NCBI GenBank assembly: GCA_020446905.1
Contig: JAGRDU010000016.1
Coordinates: 5,881-66,113 of the forward strand
Length of the DNA: 60,233 nucleotides
Reading direction: 5' to 3'
Source: Paracoccaceae bacterium
GTDB taxonomy: Bacteria > Pseudomonadota > Alphaproteobacteria > Rhodobacterales > Rhodobacteraceae
Positions within the stretch are counted from its first letter, which is position 1; every line of letters begins with the position of its first letter. The position numbers and the translations under genes were made by a program. Positions 50,601-58,928 of this stretch are shown here, one piece after another. Under the pieces are notes generated by a model. The model made no database searches. It was given only the letters and a program-made list of their open reading frames with translations, and was not told where the DNA came from.

Positions 50601-53135
50601 AAGGTAAAGGTGGAGCCGCGTAGCGCCGGGGTGGCGCTGGTCTCGGTGCTCTCGAACCGGCTCATCGACATGAAGGCGGTGCCGGTGAAGGCCGGCGAAA
50701 ACGTCATCGAGCTGCCGGTAACGGACGACTGGGGCGCGGGCGCCTATGTCACCGCCTCGGTCATCCGGCCGCTGAACGCCGAGGCCGGGCGTGCGCCCAC
50801 CCGGGCGCTCGGCCTCTCATACGCGCCGGTCGATCCCGGCGCGCGGAAGCTTTCCACCAGTTTCGAGGTGCCGGCCGGGTCTGCCCCGCGCAGCCCCCTC
50901 CCGGTCGCGCTGAAGGTGGAGGCTCCGGCGGGCGAGGAGGTCTTTGCCACGATCGCCGCCGTGGATGTCGGCATCCTCAACCTCACCCGCTTCACCTCCC
51001 CAGACCCCGAAGGGCACTATTTCGGGCAGCGCAAGCTGGGCGTCGCGATCCGCGACCTCTACGGCCGGCTCATCGACGGGCAGAACGGCACGCCGGGCAT
51101 CGTCCGGTCAGGCGGCGACGCGGCGGCCGGGCTGAAGATGCAGTCCCCGCCCCCAACCGAGGAGCTTGTGGCCTATTTCTCCGGCCCGCTGACGGTCGGC
51201 GCCGATGGCTACGCGCGCACCGAATTCCAGATGCCGTCCTTCAATGGCACCGTCCGCCTGATGGCCGTGACCTGGTCGAAGACCGGCGTCGGGCAGGCCG
51301 AGGCAGAGGTGCTGGTGCGCGATCCGGTCGTGGTCACTGCCTCGGTCCCGCGCTTCCTTGCGCCCGGCGACACGTCCCGCGCGCTGCTGGAGATCGTCCA
51401 CGCCACGGGCCCCGCCGGACGCATGGGGCTTGATGTCTCAGCCGAGGGCGTGACGCTCGGCACCGCGCCCTCGGGCGTGGATCTGGCCGAAAAGGGCAAG
51501 GCCGAGATCGCCGTGCCGATCACCGTGCCGGACGCGGAGGGCACCGCGCGTATCCGCGTTGCGCTGACCACGCCGGACGGCAAGCAACTGGTGAAGGACC
51601 TGACGATTCCGGTGCAGGCGAATGACCCCGCGATCGCGCGGCAAACCCGCTTCGAACTGGCGGATGGGGCGAGCTTCACGCTCGACGGGAACGCCTTCGC
51701 GGGTCTCCTCCCCGGCTCCGGCCGCGCCACGCTCGCCGCCGGGCCGCTCGCGCGGTTCGACGCGCCGGGGCTTCTCGCCGCGCTCGACGCCTATCCCTAT
51801 GGCTGCACCGAGCAGATCACCTCGAAGGCGCTGCCGCTCCTCTACTTCGACCAGGTGGCCACGGCGATGGGCGCCGCGGGTGGCAGCGACGTGAAGACGC
51901 GGGTCGAGGAATCGATTTCGGAAATCCTCCTCAACCAGTCCCCCAACGGCGCCTTCGGCCTCTGGTATCCCGAGGCGGGCGACCTCTGGCTCGATGCCTT
52001 CGTCACCGACTTCCTCAGCCGGGCGAAGGCGCAGGGCTATGCGGTGCCCGACACAGCCTTCCGCAACGCACTCGACAACCTTCGGAACCAGATCAACTAC
52101 GCCCCCGACTTCGACGAGGGTGGCGGCCCCTATGCCTACGCGCTGATGGTCCTCGCCCGCGAGGGCGCGGCGGCGATTGGCGACCTGCGCTACTATGCCG
52201 ACGTCAAGGCCGAGGCCTTCGATACCCCCATCGCCGCCGCCCAGCTTGGCGCCGCGCTCGCCTCCTACGGCGATCAGCGCCGGGCCGACGCGATGTTCGC
52301 AGGCGCTGCGCGCCTTCTCGGCCGCAAGATCGCCGAGGTGCCGGTCTGGCGCGCCGACTACGGAACGCACCTGCGGGACTCGGCCGCCCTCCTCGCCCTT
52401 GCCTCCGAGGCGGGATCGACAGCCCTTGATGCCGAAGCCCTGGGCAACTCGGTCGCGACTGCCATGGCCGGCCAACGGCTCTCGACGCAGGAGGCGACAT
52501 GGGCGCTGCTCGCGACCCACGCCCTGATCGACCGGACGGGCACCGAGGGGTTCACCGTCAACGGCGCCCCCGTGACAGGTCCGCTCGTGCGTCTGCTTGA
52601 TGCCGACGCGCGCGAGCCGCAGGTCATCACGAACGGCACCGGACGGGCGGCGACGCTGACACTCACCACATTCGGCATCCCGACAGAGCCCGAAACTGCC
52701 GGCGGCAAGGGCTATGCCATCTCCCGCAGCTACTATACGCTCGAGGGGGAGCCGGCGGACATCGCCACGGTGAAACAGGGCGCGCGTCTCGTCGCGGTGC
52801 TTGAGGTCACCCCGACCGCCGGGGGCGAGGCGCGGCTGATGGTGAACGATCCCCTGCCCGCCGGGTTCGAGATCGACAACCCTTCGCTGATCCGGGCCGG
52901 TGACATCGCCGCGCTCGACTGGCTCGAGACCGCCGATACGCGGATGACCGAGTTCCGGCAGGAGAGGTTCCTTGCGGCCGTGGATTGGACCTCCCCGGCG
53001 TCCTTCCGGCTGGCCTATATCGTCCGCGCCATCTCGCCCGGCACGTTCCGCCAGCCCGCGGCGAGCGTCGAGGACATGTACCGCCCGGACTACCGCGCAA
53101 GGACCGCCGTCGGCACGGTGACGGTCACGGAATGA
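47697..53135 (+). CDS. Bacterial alpha-2-macroglobulin with N-terminal PAN/apple domain
   Basis: Thioester YPYGCTEQ, TDRGAYRAGE, VEDFLPER, LSTQE, EDMYRP; N-terminal CEAAC...CTAFTY...CFPK; upstream of pbpC. Confidence 0.94.
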   Translation: MRRLYLAALLVLATAGAGIAQERDYIPDRRAVLIEGVDFPGADLSPQFDVTFEACEAACRADAACTAFTYNRRASACFPKSSVSGEAPYQGAISGWMRTTDATALAAAPDRAVELGFLRPEDFDAALAQANGLGAEHIAGSATEAELLEAAAAARASGNAEGTMRLTGAALTLTDDAGLWSDYAEALLAIPTSDGAVREGYANRAASSAINAFLRSAGTAQRATAAVILARAFEAVGRGRDMIPALRLAQSLQPRDDTAAMLDDAIGKYGFRVAETQVESDSATPRICVTFTEELAKTGTDYATFVKLPEAGLSVDASGNQICVGGLKHGARYAITFREGLPAASGEAMGKDVTITQYVRDRAPTVSFPGRAYVLPKLGSTGIPVVTVNAKTLDLTLLRLSDRNLIRAMQADYFGRPLDYWSSEALKGEVTEEVWTGTGEVTGEVNRDTTTLLPLADAMEDLGPGIYALQAAIPGRDPYDNPAATQWFVISDLGLTAMEGADGLHVFVRELSDAAAVEGVTATLVNRANAVIGSAMTDAEGYAHFAAGLTAGTGGAAPALVTVEKGDDMAFLSLSEAEFDLSDRGVTGREAAPPIDVFLSTDRGAYRAGETVNATILARDAQMAALDGLPMTARLIRPDGVEYSRTLLTPAGAGGFTASLPLAGNAPRGTWRIESFVEDKTVLAAQSFLVEDFLPERIDFALALPEGALRLSDVPTLSVDARYLFGAPGAGLAMEGDLRLTALTALEAFPGYSFGKYDEPFSPFRDSLYGATETDAEGHAEVPVSFPDLGDTANRPLEARLTVRLKEGSGRPVERDITRRILPDAPVIGIKPAFAEGTVPEGAAAEFNLIAVGPDEKPAARKVHWTVNRIETNYQWYSLYGQWNWEVTTTRSRVAEGDASLTPEAPVSVSAPVEWGNYEIVVEATDGTYTATSQEFYAGWYVPADASETPDKLTVALDKQAYRPGDTAKVKVEPRSAGVALVSVLSNRLIDMKAVPVKAGENVIELPVTDDWGAGAYVTASVIRPLNAEAGRAPTRALGLSYAPVDPGARKLSTSFEVPAGSAPRSPLPVALKVEAPAGEEVFATIAAVDVGILNLTRFTSPDPEGHYFGQRKLGVAIRDLYGRLIDGQNGTPGIVRSGGDAAAGLKMQSPPPTEELVAYFSGPLTVGADGYARTEFQMPSFNGTVRLMAVTWSKTGVGQAEAEVLVRDPVVVTASVPRFLAPGDTSRALLEIVHATGPAGRMGLDVSAEGVTLGTAPSGVDLAEKGKAEIAVPITVPDAEGTARIRVALTTPDGKQLVKDLTIPVQANDPAIARQTRFELADGASFTLDGNAFAGLLPGSGRATLAAGPLARFDAPGLLAALDAYPYGCTEQITSKALPLLYFDQVATAMGAAGGSDVKTRVEESISEILLNQSPNGAFGLWYPEAGDLWLDAFVTDFLSRAKAQGYAVPDTAFRNALDNLRNQINYAPDFDEGGGPYAYALMVLAREGAAAIGDLRYYADVKAEAFDTPIAAAQLGAALASYGDQRRADAMFAGAARLLGRKIAEVPVWRADYGTHLRDSAALLALASEAGSTALDAEALGNSVATAMAGQRLSTQEATWALLATHALIDRTGTEGFTVNGAPVTGPLVRLLDADAREPQVITNGTGRAATLTLTTFGIPTEPETAGGKGYAISRSYYTLEGEPADIATVKQGARLVAVLEVTPTAGGEARLMVNDPLPAGFEIDNPSLIRAGDIAALDWLETADTRMTEFRQERFLAAVDWTSPASFRLAYIVRAISPGTFRQPAASVEDMYRPDYRARTAVGTVTVTE

Positions 53136-55165
53136 GGGCGCGCCTGCCCCTTTCGCTCGCGGCGCTTGTCTTCGCGGGCGGCCTCGCGCGGGACGTCGGG
53201 GATGCCTGGATCGACAGGACAGCGCTGCCCGCGCTGACCGTCGAGACGGGGGCCGAGGTCACGGCCCGCGACGGCACGCTCCTGCGCGCCTTCACTGTGG
53301 GGGACGGGCGCTGGCGTCTCGACCCCGGGCCGGTCGATCCTGGGTTCATCGCCATGCTGATCGCTTACGAGGACAAGCGATTCCATGTTCATGCAGGCAT
53401 CGACCTCTGGGCGCTGCTGCGCGCCGGATGGCAGGCGATCTCGTCCGGCCACGTCGTCTCGGGCGGCTCGACCCTGACGATGCAGGTCGCGCGACTTCTG
53501 GAAGGCAGCGGGACCGGACGGCTCTCGGGCAAGCTCCGGCAGATGCGCGTCGCGCTCGCCCTCGAACGGCGCCTGACGAAGCATGAGATCCTTGCCCTTT
53601 ACCTCCGGCTTGCGCCTTATGGCGGCAACCTCGAAGGCGTGCGGGCGGCCTCGCTCAGCTATTTCGGCAAGGAGCCGCGCCGCCTGACCCCCGCCGAGGC
53701 CGCCCTTCTCGTCGCGCTGCCGCAATCCCCCGAGGCGCGGCGCCCCGACCGCGCACCCGGCGCCGCGACCGCAGCCCGGGCCCGCGTCCTCACCCGCCTC
53801 GCCGCGGACGGCACGCTGACCGAAGACCGCGCCCGCGCCGCCCTGACCGAGCCCGTGCCATCTTCGCGGCGCCCCTTCCCCGCCCTCGCGCCGCATCTCG
53901 GGGACCGCCTGCACCGTGAGCAGCCGGGCTCGCTCCACATCGCCACCACCCTCGATCCGGCTCTGCAGCGCAGCCTCGAATCCCTCGCCGCGCGCACTGC
54001 CCGTACCTCGCCCGCCCGCGCCTCGCTCGCGATCCTCGTTGCCGATCACCGGACCGGAGAGATCCTCGCCTCGGTCGGCTCGCCCGACTGGACCGACGCC
54101 GCCCGTGCCGGCTTCATCGACATGACGCGGGCGCTCCGCTCGCCCGGCTCGACGCTCAAGCCCTTCGTCTATGCGCTGGCGTTCGACGAGGGCCTCGCCC
54201 ATCCCGAAACGCTGATCGAGGATCGCCCGACCGCCTTCGGCACTTACACCCCGCAGAACTTCGACCGGACCTTCCGCGGCACGATCCCCGTCCGTGAGGC
54301 GCTGCAACTCTCGCTCAACATCCCCGTCGTCAGCCTGACCGAGGCGCTCGGCCCCGCGCGCCTCCTTTCGGCGCTGCGCAAGTCCGGGGCGACCCCGGTC
54401 GTGCCGGGTGGCGAGCCCGGCCTTGCCGTCGCCCTTGGCGGTGTCGGCATCACCCTCGAGGACCTCGTGCAAGCCTATGCCGCGCTCGCCCGTCTCGGTG
54501 ACCCGGTGCACCTGACGACCGACCCCGGCGAAGCCGCGAAGACCGGCCAGCGCCTCTTCTCGCGCGAGGCCGCATGGCTAACCGCCGACATCCTCGCCGG
54601 ACTGCCGCCGCCGGCAAATGCCCCGGCGCACCGCATCGCCTACAAAACCGGCACCAGCTATGACCACCGCGACGCCTGGGCCGTGGGCTTCGACGGCGCG
54701 CATGTCGTGGGCGTCTGGATGGGCCGCCCCGATGGCGCCTCTCTGCCCGGCGCATTCGGCGGCGAGCTTGCGGCGCCGGTGGTCTTCGATAGCTTCGCCC
54801 GGCTCGGGCCGGCTCCGGTGCCGCTTCCGCCCCCGCCACCGGCGACCCTCATCCTGCCGAACGACCGCCTGCCGCTTCCCCTGCAACGCTTCCGCCCGCG
54901 AGGCACGGCCCTCGCCACCGCCCCGGGTGCACCCGAAATTGCGTTTCCCCCCGACGGTGCCACGATCGATCCGGACGGGGCGCTCGCCCTCAAGGTCCGG
55001 GGGGGCACCCCGCCCTTTACCTGGCTTGCGAACGGTGCGCCCGCGATCCTCGGCGCCCGGGCGCGCGAAGCGGCATTGCCCCCCACGGGCCCCGGCTACC
55101 TGTCGCTCCTCGTCGTCGATGCAAAGGGAAAGAGCGCCACCGCGAAAGTGACGCTCCTGCCCTGA
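53132..55165 (+). CDS. pbpC: Penicillin-binding protein 1C
   Basis: EDKRF, GGSTLTMQVAR, SxxK (STLK), SLN, KTGT; ATGA overlap with the A2M stop. Confidence 0.93.
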   Translation: MRARLPLSLAALVFAGGLARDVGDAWIDRTALPALTVETGAEVTARDGTLLRAFTVGDGRWRLDPGPVDPGFIAMLIAYEDKRFHVHAGIDLWALLRAGWQAISSGHVVSGGSTLTMQVARLLEGSGTGRLSGKLRQMRVALALERRLTKHEILALYLRLAPYGGNLEGVRAASLSYFGKEPRRLTPAEAALLVALPQSPEARRPDRAPGAATAARARVLTRLAADGTLTEDRARAALTEPVPSSRRPFPALAPHLGDRLHREQPGSLHIATTLDPALQRSLESLAARTARTSPARASLAILVADHRTGEILASVGSPDWTDAARAGFIDMTRALRSPGSTLKPFVYALAFDEGLAHPETLIEDRPTAFGTYTPQNFDRTFRGTIPVREALQLSLNIPVVSLTEALGPARLLSALRKSGATPVVPGGEPGLAVALGGVGITLEDLVQAYAALARLGDPVHLTTDPGEAAKTGQRLFSREAAWLTADILAGLPPPANAPAHRIAYKTGTSYDHRDAWAVGFDGAHVVGVWMGRPDGASLPGAFGGELAAPVVFDSFARLGPAPVPLPPPPPATLILPNDRLPLPLQRFRPRGTALATAPGAPEIAFPPDGATIDPDGALALKVRGGTPPFTWLANGAPAILGARAREAALPPTGPGYLSLLVVDAKGKSATAKVTLLP

Positions 55166-55167
55166 TC

Positions 55168-55226
55168 TTCTTCTTGGTCGAAATACTCCGGGGGGCGGCC
55201 TGAAGGGCCGGGGGGCAGCGCCCCCC
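55168..55226. repeat. REP-like extragenic palindromic element / bidirectional terminator
   Basis: TTCTTGGTCGAAATACTCCGGGGGG-CGGCC-tgaag-GGCCG-GGGGGCAGCGCCCCCC between convergent genes. Confidence 0.5.
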
Positions 55227-55234
55227 TTCCTCGG

Positions 55235-56413
55235 TCAGAGACGCTCGATCGCGATGGCGATGCCCTGACCGCCGCCGATGCACATGGTGATGAGACCGTA
55301 TTTGCCACCGATCCGCTCAAGCTCGTACATCGTCTTGATCGTGATGATCGCGCCCGTCGCTCCGATCGGGTGACCAAGCGCGATCGCGCCGCCGTTCGGG
55401 TTCACCTTGGCCGGATCGAAGCCAAGCTCCTTGCCGACGGCCAGCGCCTGCGCGGCAAAGGCCTCGTTCGATTCGATGACGTCGAAGTCCGAGACCGACA
55501 GGCCGGTGCGCTTGCAGAGTGCCTGCACGGCCGGGACCGGGCCGATGCCCATCACCTCGGGGCGCACGCCGGCATGGGCATAGCCCACGATCCGCGCCCG
55601 CGCCTTGAGACCGGCCTTCTCGGCCGCCGAGGCGCGCGCAAGGACAACCGCCGCCGCGCCGTCGTTGATGCCCGACGCGTTGCCGGCCGTCACCGTGCCG
55701 TCCTTCTTGAACACCGTCTTGAGGCCTGCGAGCGCCTCCGGGCTGGTGCGCTTGGGATGCTCGTCCGTGTCGAAAAGGGTCGGGCCCTTGCGGCTCTGCA
55801 ATTCAACCGGGACGATCTGGTCCTTGAAGCGGCCCTCGGCGATCGCCTTGGCAGCCCGTTCCTGGCTTTCCATCGCGAAAGCGTCCTGCTCGGCGCGGGT
55901 CACCTGATTTTCGGCCGCGACGTTTTCCGCCGTCACGCCCATGTGGCCGGTGCCGAAGGGGCAGGTCAGCGCGCCGGTCATCATGTCGATGGCCTTCATG
56001 TCGCCCATCTTCTGGCCGAAGCGGGCGGTCGTCAGGGCATAGGGCGACCGGCTCATGCTTTCCGCGCCGCCGGCGAGCGCGAAGTCGCAATCGCCGAGCA
56101 TCAGGTTCTGCGTCGCCGAGACGATCGCCTGCGCGCCCGAACCGCAAAGGCGGTTCACGTTCATCGCCGGCGTGCCGTTGGGAACGCCCGCCTGCATCGC
56201 GGCAACGCGGCAGAGATACATGTCGCGCGGTTCGGTGTTGATGACATGTCCGAAGACAACGTGTCCGATCTGGGCGCCCTCGACCCCGGCCCGCTCCAGC
56301 GCGGCCTTCGCGGCCACGGTCGCGGTATCGATCGGCGCCATCCCCGCCAGCGAACCGCCAAAGGTCCCGATCGCGGTGCGCGCGCCGGAAAGGATCACGA
56401 TATCGTCGCTCAT
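55235..56413 (-). CDS. bktB: Acetyl-CoA C-acyltransferase (beta-ketothiolase, BktB-like)
   Basis: NVNRLCGSG, NASGINDGAA, NEAFA, GHPIGATG, CIGGGQG; TEPRDMY typical of the BktB group. Confidence 0.85.
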   Translation of the reverse strand: MSDDIVILSGARTAIGTFGGSLAGMAPIDTATVAAKAALERAGVEGAQIGHVVFGHVINTEPRDMYLCRVAAMQAGVPNGTPAMNVNRLCGSGAQAIVSATQNLMLGDCDFALAGGAESMSRSPYALTTARFGQKMGDMKAIDMMTGALTCPFGTGHMGVTAENVAAENQVTRAEQDAFAMESQERAAKAIAEGRFKDQIVPVELQSRKGPTLFDTDEHPKRTSPEALAGLKTVFKKDGTVTAGNASGINDGAAAVVLARASAAEKAGLKARARIVGYAHAGVRPEVMGIGPVPAVQALCKRTGLSVSDFDVIESNEAFAAQALAVGKELGFDPAKVNPNGGAIALGHPIGATGAIITIKTMYELERIGGKYGLITMCIGGGQGIAIAIERL

Positions 56414-56446
56414 CTATCCCCCCAAAGGTTGAAATGTCTCGGCAAT

Positions 56447-57280
56447 CTAGCGACCGGAGCGCAGTGTGACTAGCGTTATCTCGGGCGCCTGGAAGAGCCT
56501 GAGAGGAATCCCGGAATAGCCGATTCCGCCCGAGACGATCAGATGCCGGCCGCCCTCCTCGACATGTCCCCAGCCGTAACGGCAGCCATGGGACGAAGGC
56601 GTGAGCGGCCGCCATCCGCCAAGATTTATCTGCCCGCCATGGGTGTGTCCCGAGATCTGCAGGAAGGCGCGCGGATCTGCGGCCGCAAAATAGTCGGGCT
56701 CGTGCGCCATGAGGATCGCCGGCGCATCGTCCGTTACCCCGGCAAAGGCGGTGTCGGGGTCGTGCAGGCCCGGATGCCCCCGTCGGCGGAGCGCCCGCTG
56801 GCTGTCCAGGCCGACCAGCCAGAAGCCCGCGCCATGCCCGATCCGAATCGAGCGGTTCGACAGCAGCGCGATCGCGCTCCCCTCGAAGGCCTCGACAACC
56901 GAGTTCCGGCGAAACTGCGTCTCCTGCGAAAGCCGGCAATCCCACCAGTCGTGATTGCCCATCACCGCGGCAACGCCAAGCGGCGCGGAAAGCGGCGCAA
57001 GTGCGCGGACGATGCGGGCCGCCGGCACGCTGCGGGCCGGAAGGTTCCGGTCGGCGATGAAATCGCCCGGCAGAAGAATCATATCGGCGCCAAGCGCATT
57101 CGTTGCCGCAACGATCCGGTCCAGCGCCGTGACCGGTGTCCAGGGCTGGCAGACATGCAGATCCGAAAGAAGCGCGATCCTCAGGTCCGGAAGCGTCCAG
57201 CGCGGATCGCGGATCTCGTGCCGGACAAGACGCGGCCGGCTGAACATCGTCAGCGGCAGGGCGCGGCGGGCCGGGGTCAT
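56447..57280 (-). CDS. Metallophosphoesterase (YkuE/YaeI-like)
   Basis: SDLH, PGDF, GNHD, MAHEPD, SGHTHGGQ. Confidence 0.88.
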   Translation of the reverse strand: MTPARRALPLTMFSRPRLVRHEIRDPRWTLPDLRIALLSDLHVCQPWTPVTALDRIVAATNALGADMILLPGDFIADRNLPARSVPAARIVRALAPLSAPLGVAAVMGNHDWWDCRLSQETQFRRNSVVEAFEGSAIALLSNRSIRIGHGAGFWLVGLDSQRALRRRGHPGLHDPDTAFAGVTDDAPAILMAHEPDYFAAADPRAFLQISGHTHGGQINLGGWRPLTPSSHGCRYGWGHVEEGGRHLIVSGGIGYSGIPLRLFQAPEITLVTLRSGR

Positions 57281-57371
57281 CGCGCCCGGCCCGGGCGGCG
57301 CCGGCCAATCCTGCGACGCGAGAGGGAAAACCGCCGCGCCAGGGGCGCGCTCCTACGGATCACGCCAAGTT

Positions 57372-58106
57372 TCATCCTTCGCGGCGGATCGCCCTGCGCC
57401 CGCCCGGAACCAGCTGCCAGACGCGTCCGTCCTCGATTACCACCGTGGCGACATCCTTGCCGTAGCCCGCGCCGGTGTCGATGTTCACACGATTGCCGTA
57501 ATGCGTCACCTCCGCGACCGGCGTGTGCCCGTGGACGACAAGGACACCGTGGTCGCGACGATCGTCGTGAAAGGTGCCGCGGATCCAGAGAAGGTCATCT
57601 TCGCGCTGGTCCGCCAGCGGCACGCCCGGCCGGATGCCGGCATGGACGAACAGCGTTCCCCCTCGCAGATGCGCGGTTCTGAGACCATTGAGGAAGGTCG
57701 CGTGATCCGCCGGAATCGCGTCCAGCACCTCTTCATAGACCTCCGCCCTCGGCCGTTCCTCGGCGCCCCGCACACCGTAGGAGGCAAGCGTCTCCGCCCC
57801 CCCGATCCGCGGATGGGTCCAGTGCAGCGAGGTGCCAGGATCGCAATCATCGGGATCGAGAAGGAAGCTGATGAACATGCGGTCATGGTTGCCCTTCAGG
57901 ACGATCCAGGGCTCGCCCTTTAGGATCCCCGAATGAAGACGCGCGATCACGCCCCGGCTGTCCGGCCCCCGGTCCACGAGGTCGCCGATATGGATCACCG
58001 GCGCGTAACGGTCGCCGACACGCGCCCGGTCCTCTGCAATCAGCCGGTGCGCCGCGTCAAGCTGATCGAGATAGCCGTGAATGTCGCCAATGGCATAGGT
58101 GCGCAT
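57372..58106 (-). CDS. Ser/Thr protein phosphatase-type metallophosphoesterase
   Basis: GDIHG, GDLVDRGPDS, GNHD, FVHAG, VHGHT, IDTG. Confidence 0.9.
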   Translation of the reverse strand: MRTYAIGDIHGYLDQLDAAHRLIAEDRARVGDRYAPVIHIGDLVDRGPDSRGVIARLHSGILKGEPWIVLKGNHDRMFISFLLDPDDCDPGTSLHWTHPRIGGAETLASYGVRGAEERPRAEVYEEVLDAIPADHATFLNGLRTAHLRGGTLFVHAGIRPGVPLADQREDDLLWIRGTFHDDRRDHGVLVVHGHTPVAEVTHYGNRVNIDTGAGYGKDVATVVIEDGRVWQLVPGGRRAIRREG

Positions 58107-58172
58107 CGCCGTCCCGCTGTTGCCTGCGACGCGACCCTATCGAAAGCGCCAGCGCGCCGCAATGCAGCAGGG

Positions 58173-58781
58173 CTAGACCGCCCGAACCGCCGGATCGTCC
58201 AGAAAGGCATAGGAATGTGCGTTGATATCCCCGCTCCAGCGGTAGAGCGCGACCATACCCTCGGGGCCGGTCCGGAAGGCGTGCGGCATCAAGCTCGGAT
58301 GATGGATCAGCTCGCCCGCGCCGCGCTGGCGCACGTCGCCCCCGGCGGTCCAGAGTGCAGACCCGGCCAGGATCGCGTAGGTTTCGTCCGCGTCGTGATT
58401 GTGAAGGGGATAGTAGCTGTCCGGCCTTTGATAGAGCAGCCCGACCCTGAGGTCCGGTGCGGGAACCGGCGCGTCCGGCCCCAACAGCTCGGCCACGGCA
58501 CAGATCGCGGTCGCATCGTCCTTCATCTGTCCCGCGACGGGGTTGGTTCCCCAGGGGACAAGGCACTGCGCCGCCAGGACCGCCCGCGCCGCCGGATGCC
58601 GGGACGCCGCCAGAACCACCCCGATCTCTGCATCCAGATCGCCGAGCGTGCGCTTGCCGATGCTCTGCGGGGCCGGCGTCGTGAGCAGCGCGTTAACCGT
58701 CCGGTCAGCCTCGACCCTGCCCTCGTCACGAAAGACATCCGCTAGGCAGGCCAGCAGACGATCGAATTCGGGCGCGTACAT
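58173..58781 (-). CDS. Cupin protein of the DMSP lyase (DddQ-like) family
   Basis: YYPLHNHDADETYAILAG and HHPSLMPHAFRTG cupin motifs, YRWSGD; ATG at 58781. Confidence 0.7.
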   Translation of the reverse strand: MYAPEFDRLLACLADVFRDEGRVEADRTVNALLTTPAPQSIGKRTLGDLDAEIGVVLAASRHPAARAVLAAQCLVPWGTNPVAGQMKDDATAICAVAELLGPDAPVPAPDLRVGLLYQRPDSYYPLHNHDADETYAILAGSALWTAGGDVRQRGAGELIHHPSLMPHAFRTGPEGMVALYRWSGDINAHSYAFLDDPAVRAV

Positions 58782-58928
58782 GGGCCACTCCGGACGAAGC
58801 TGCGAATGGGCGCAAGGTCGTCCGGAACCCTGACGGCGGCTTGCACGGAACCGACAACTGTCGTCGCTTCCGTGCAACCCGGTGGCGCCGCGAATCCCGT
58901 CATCGGAACGAGAGGCAGGTCCTTCGGT

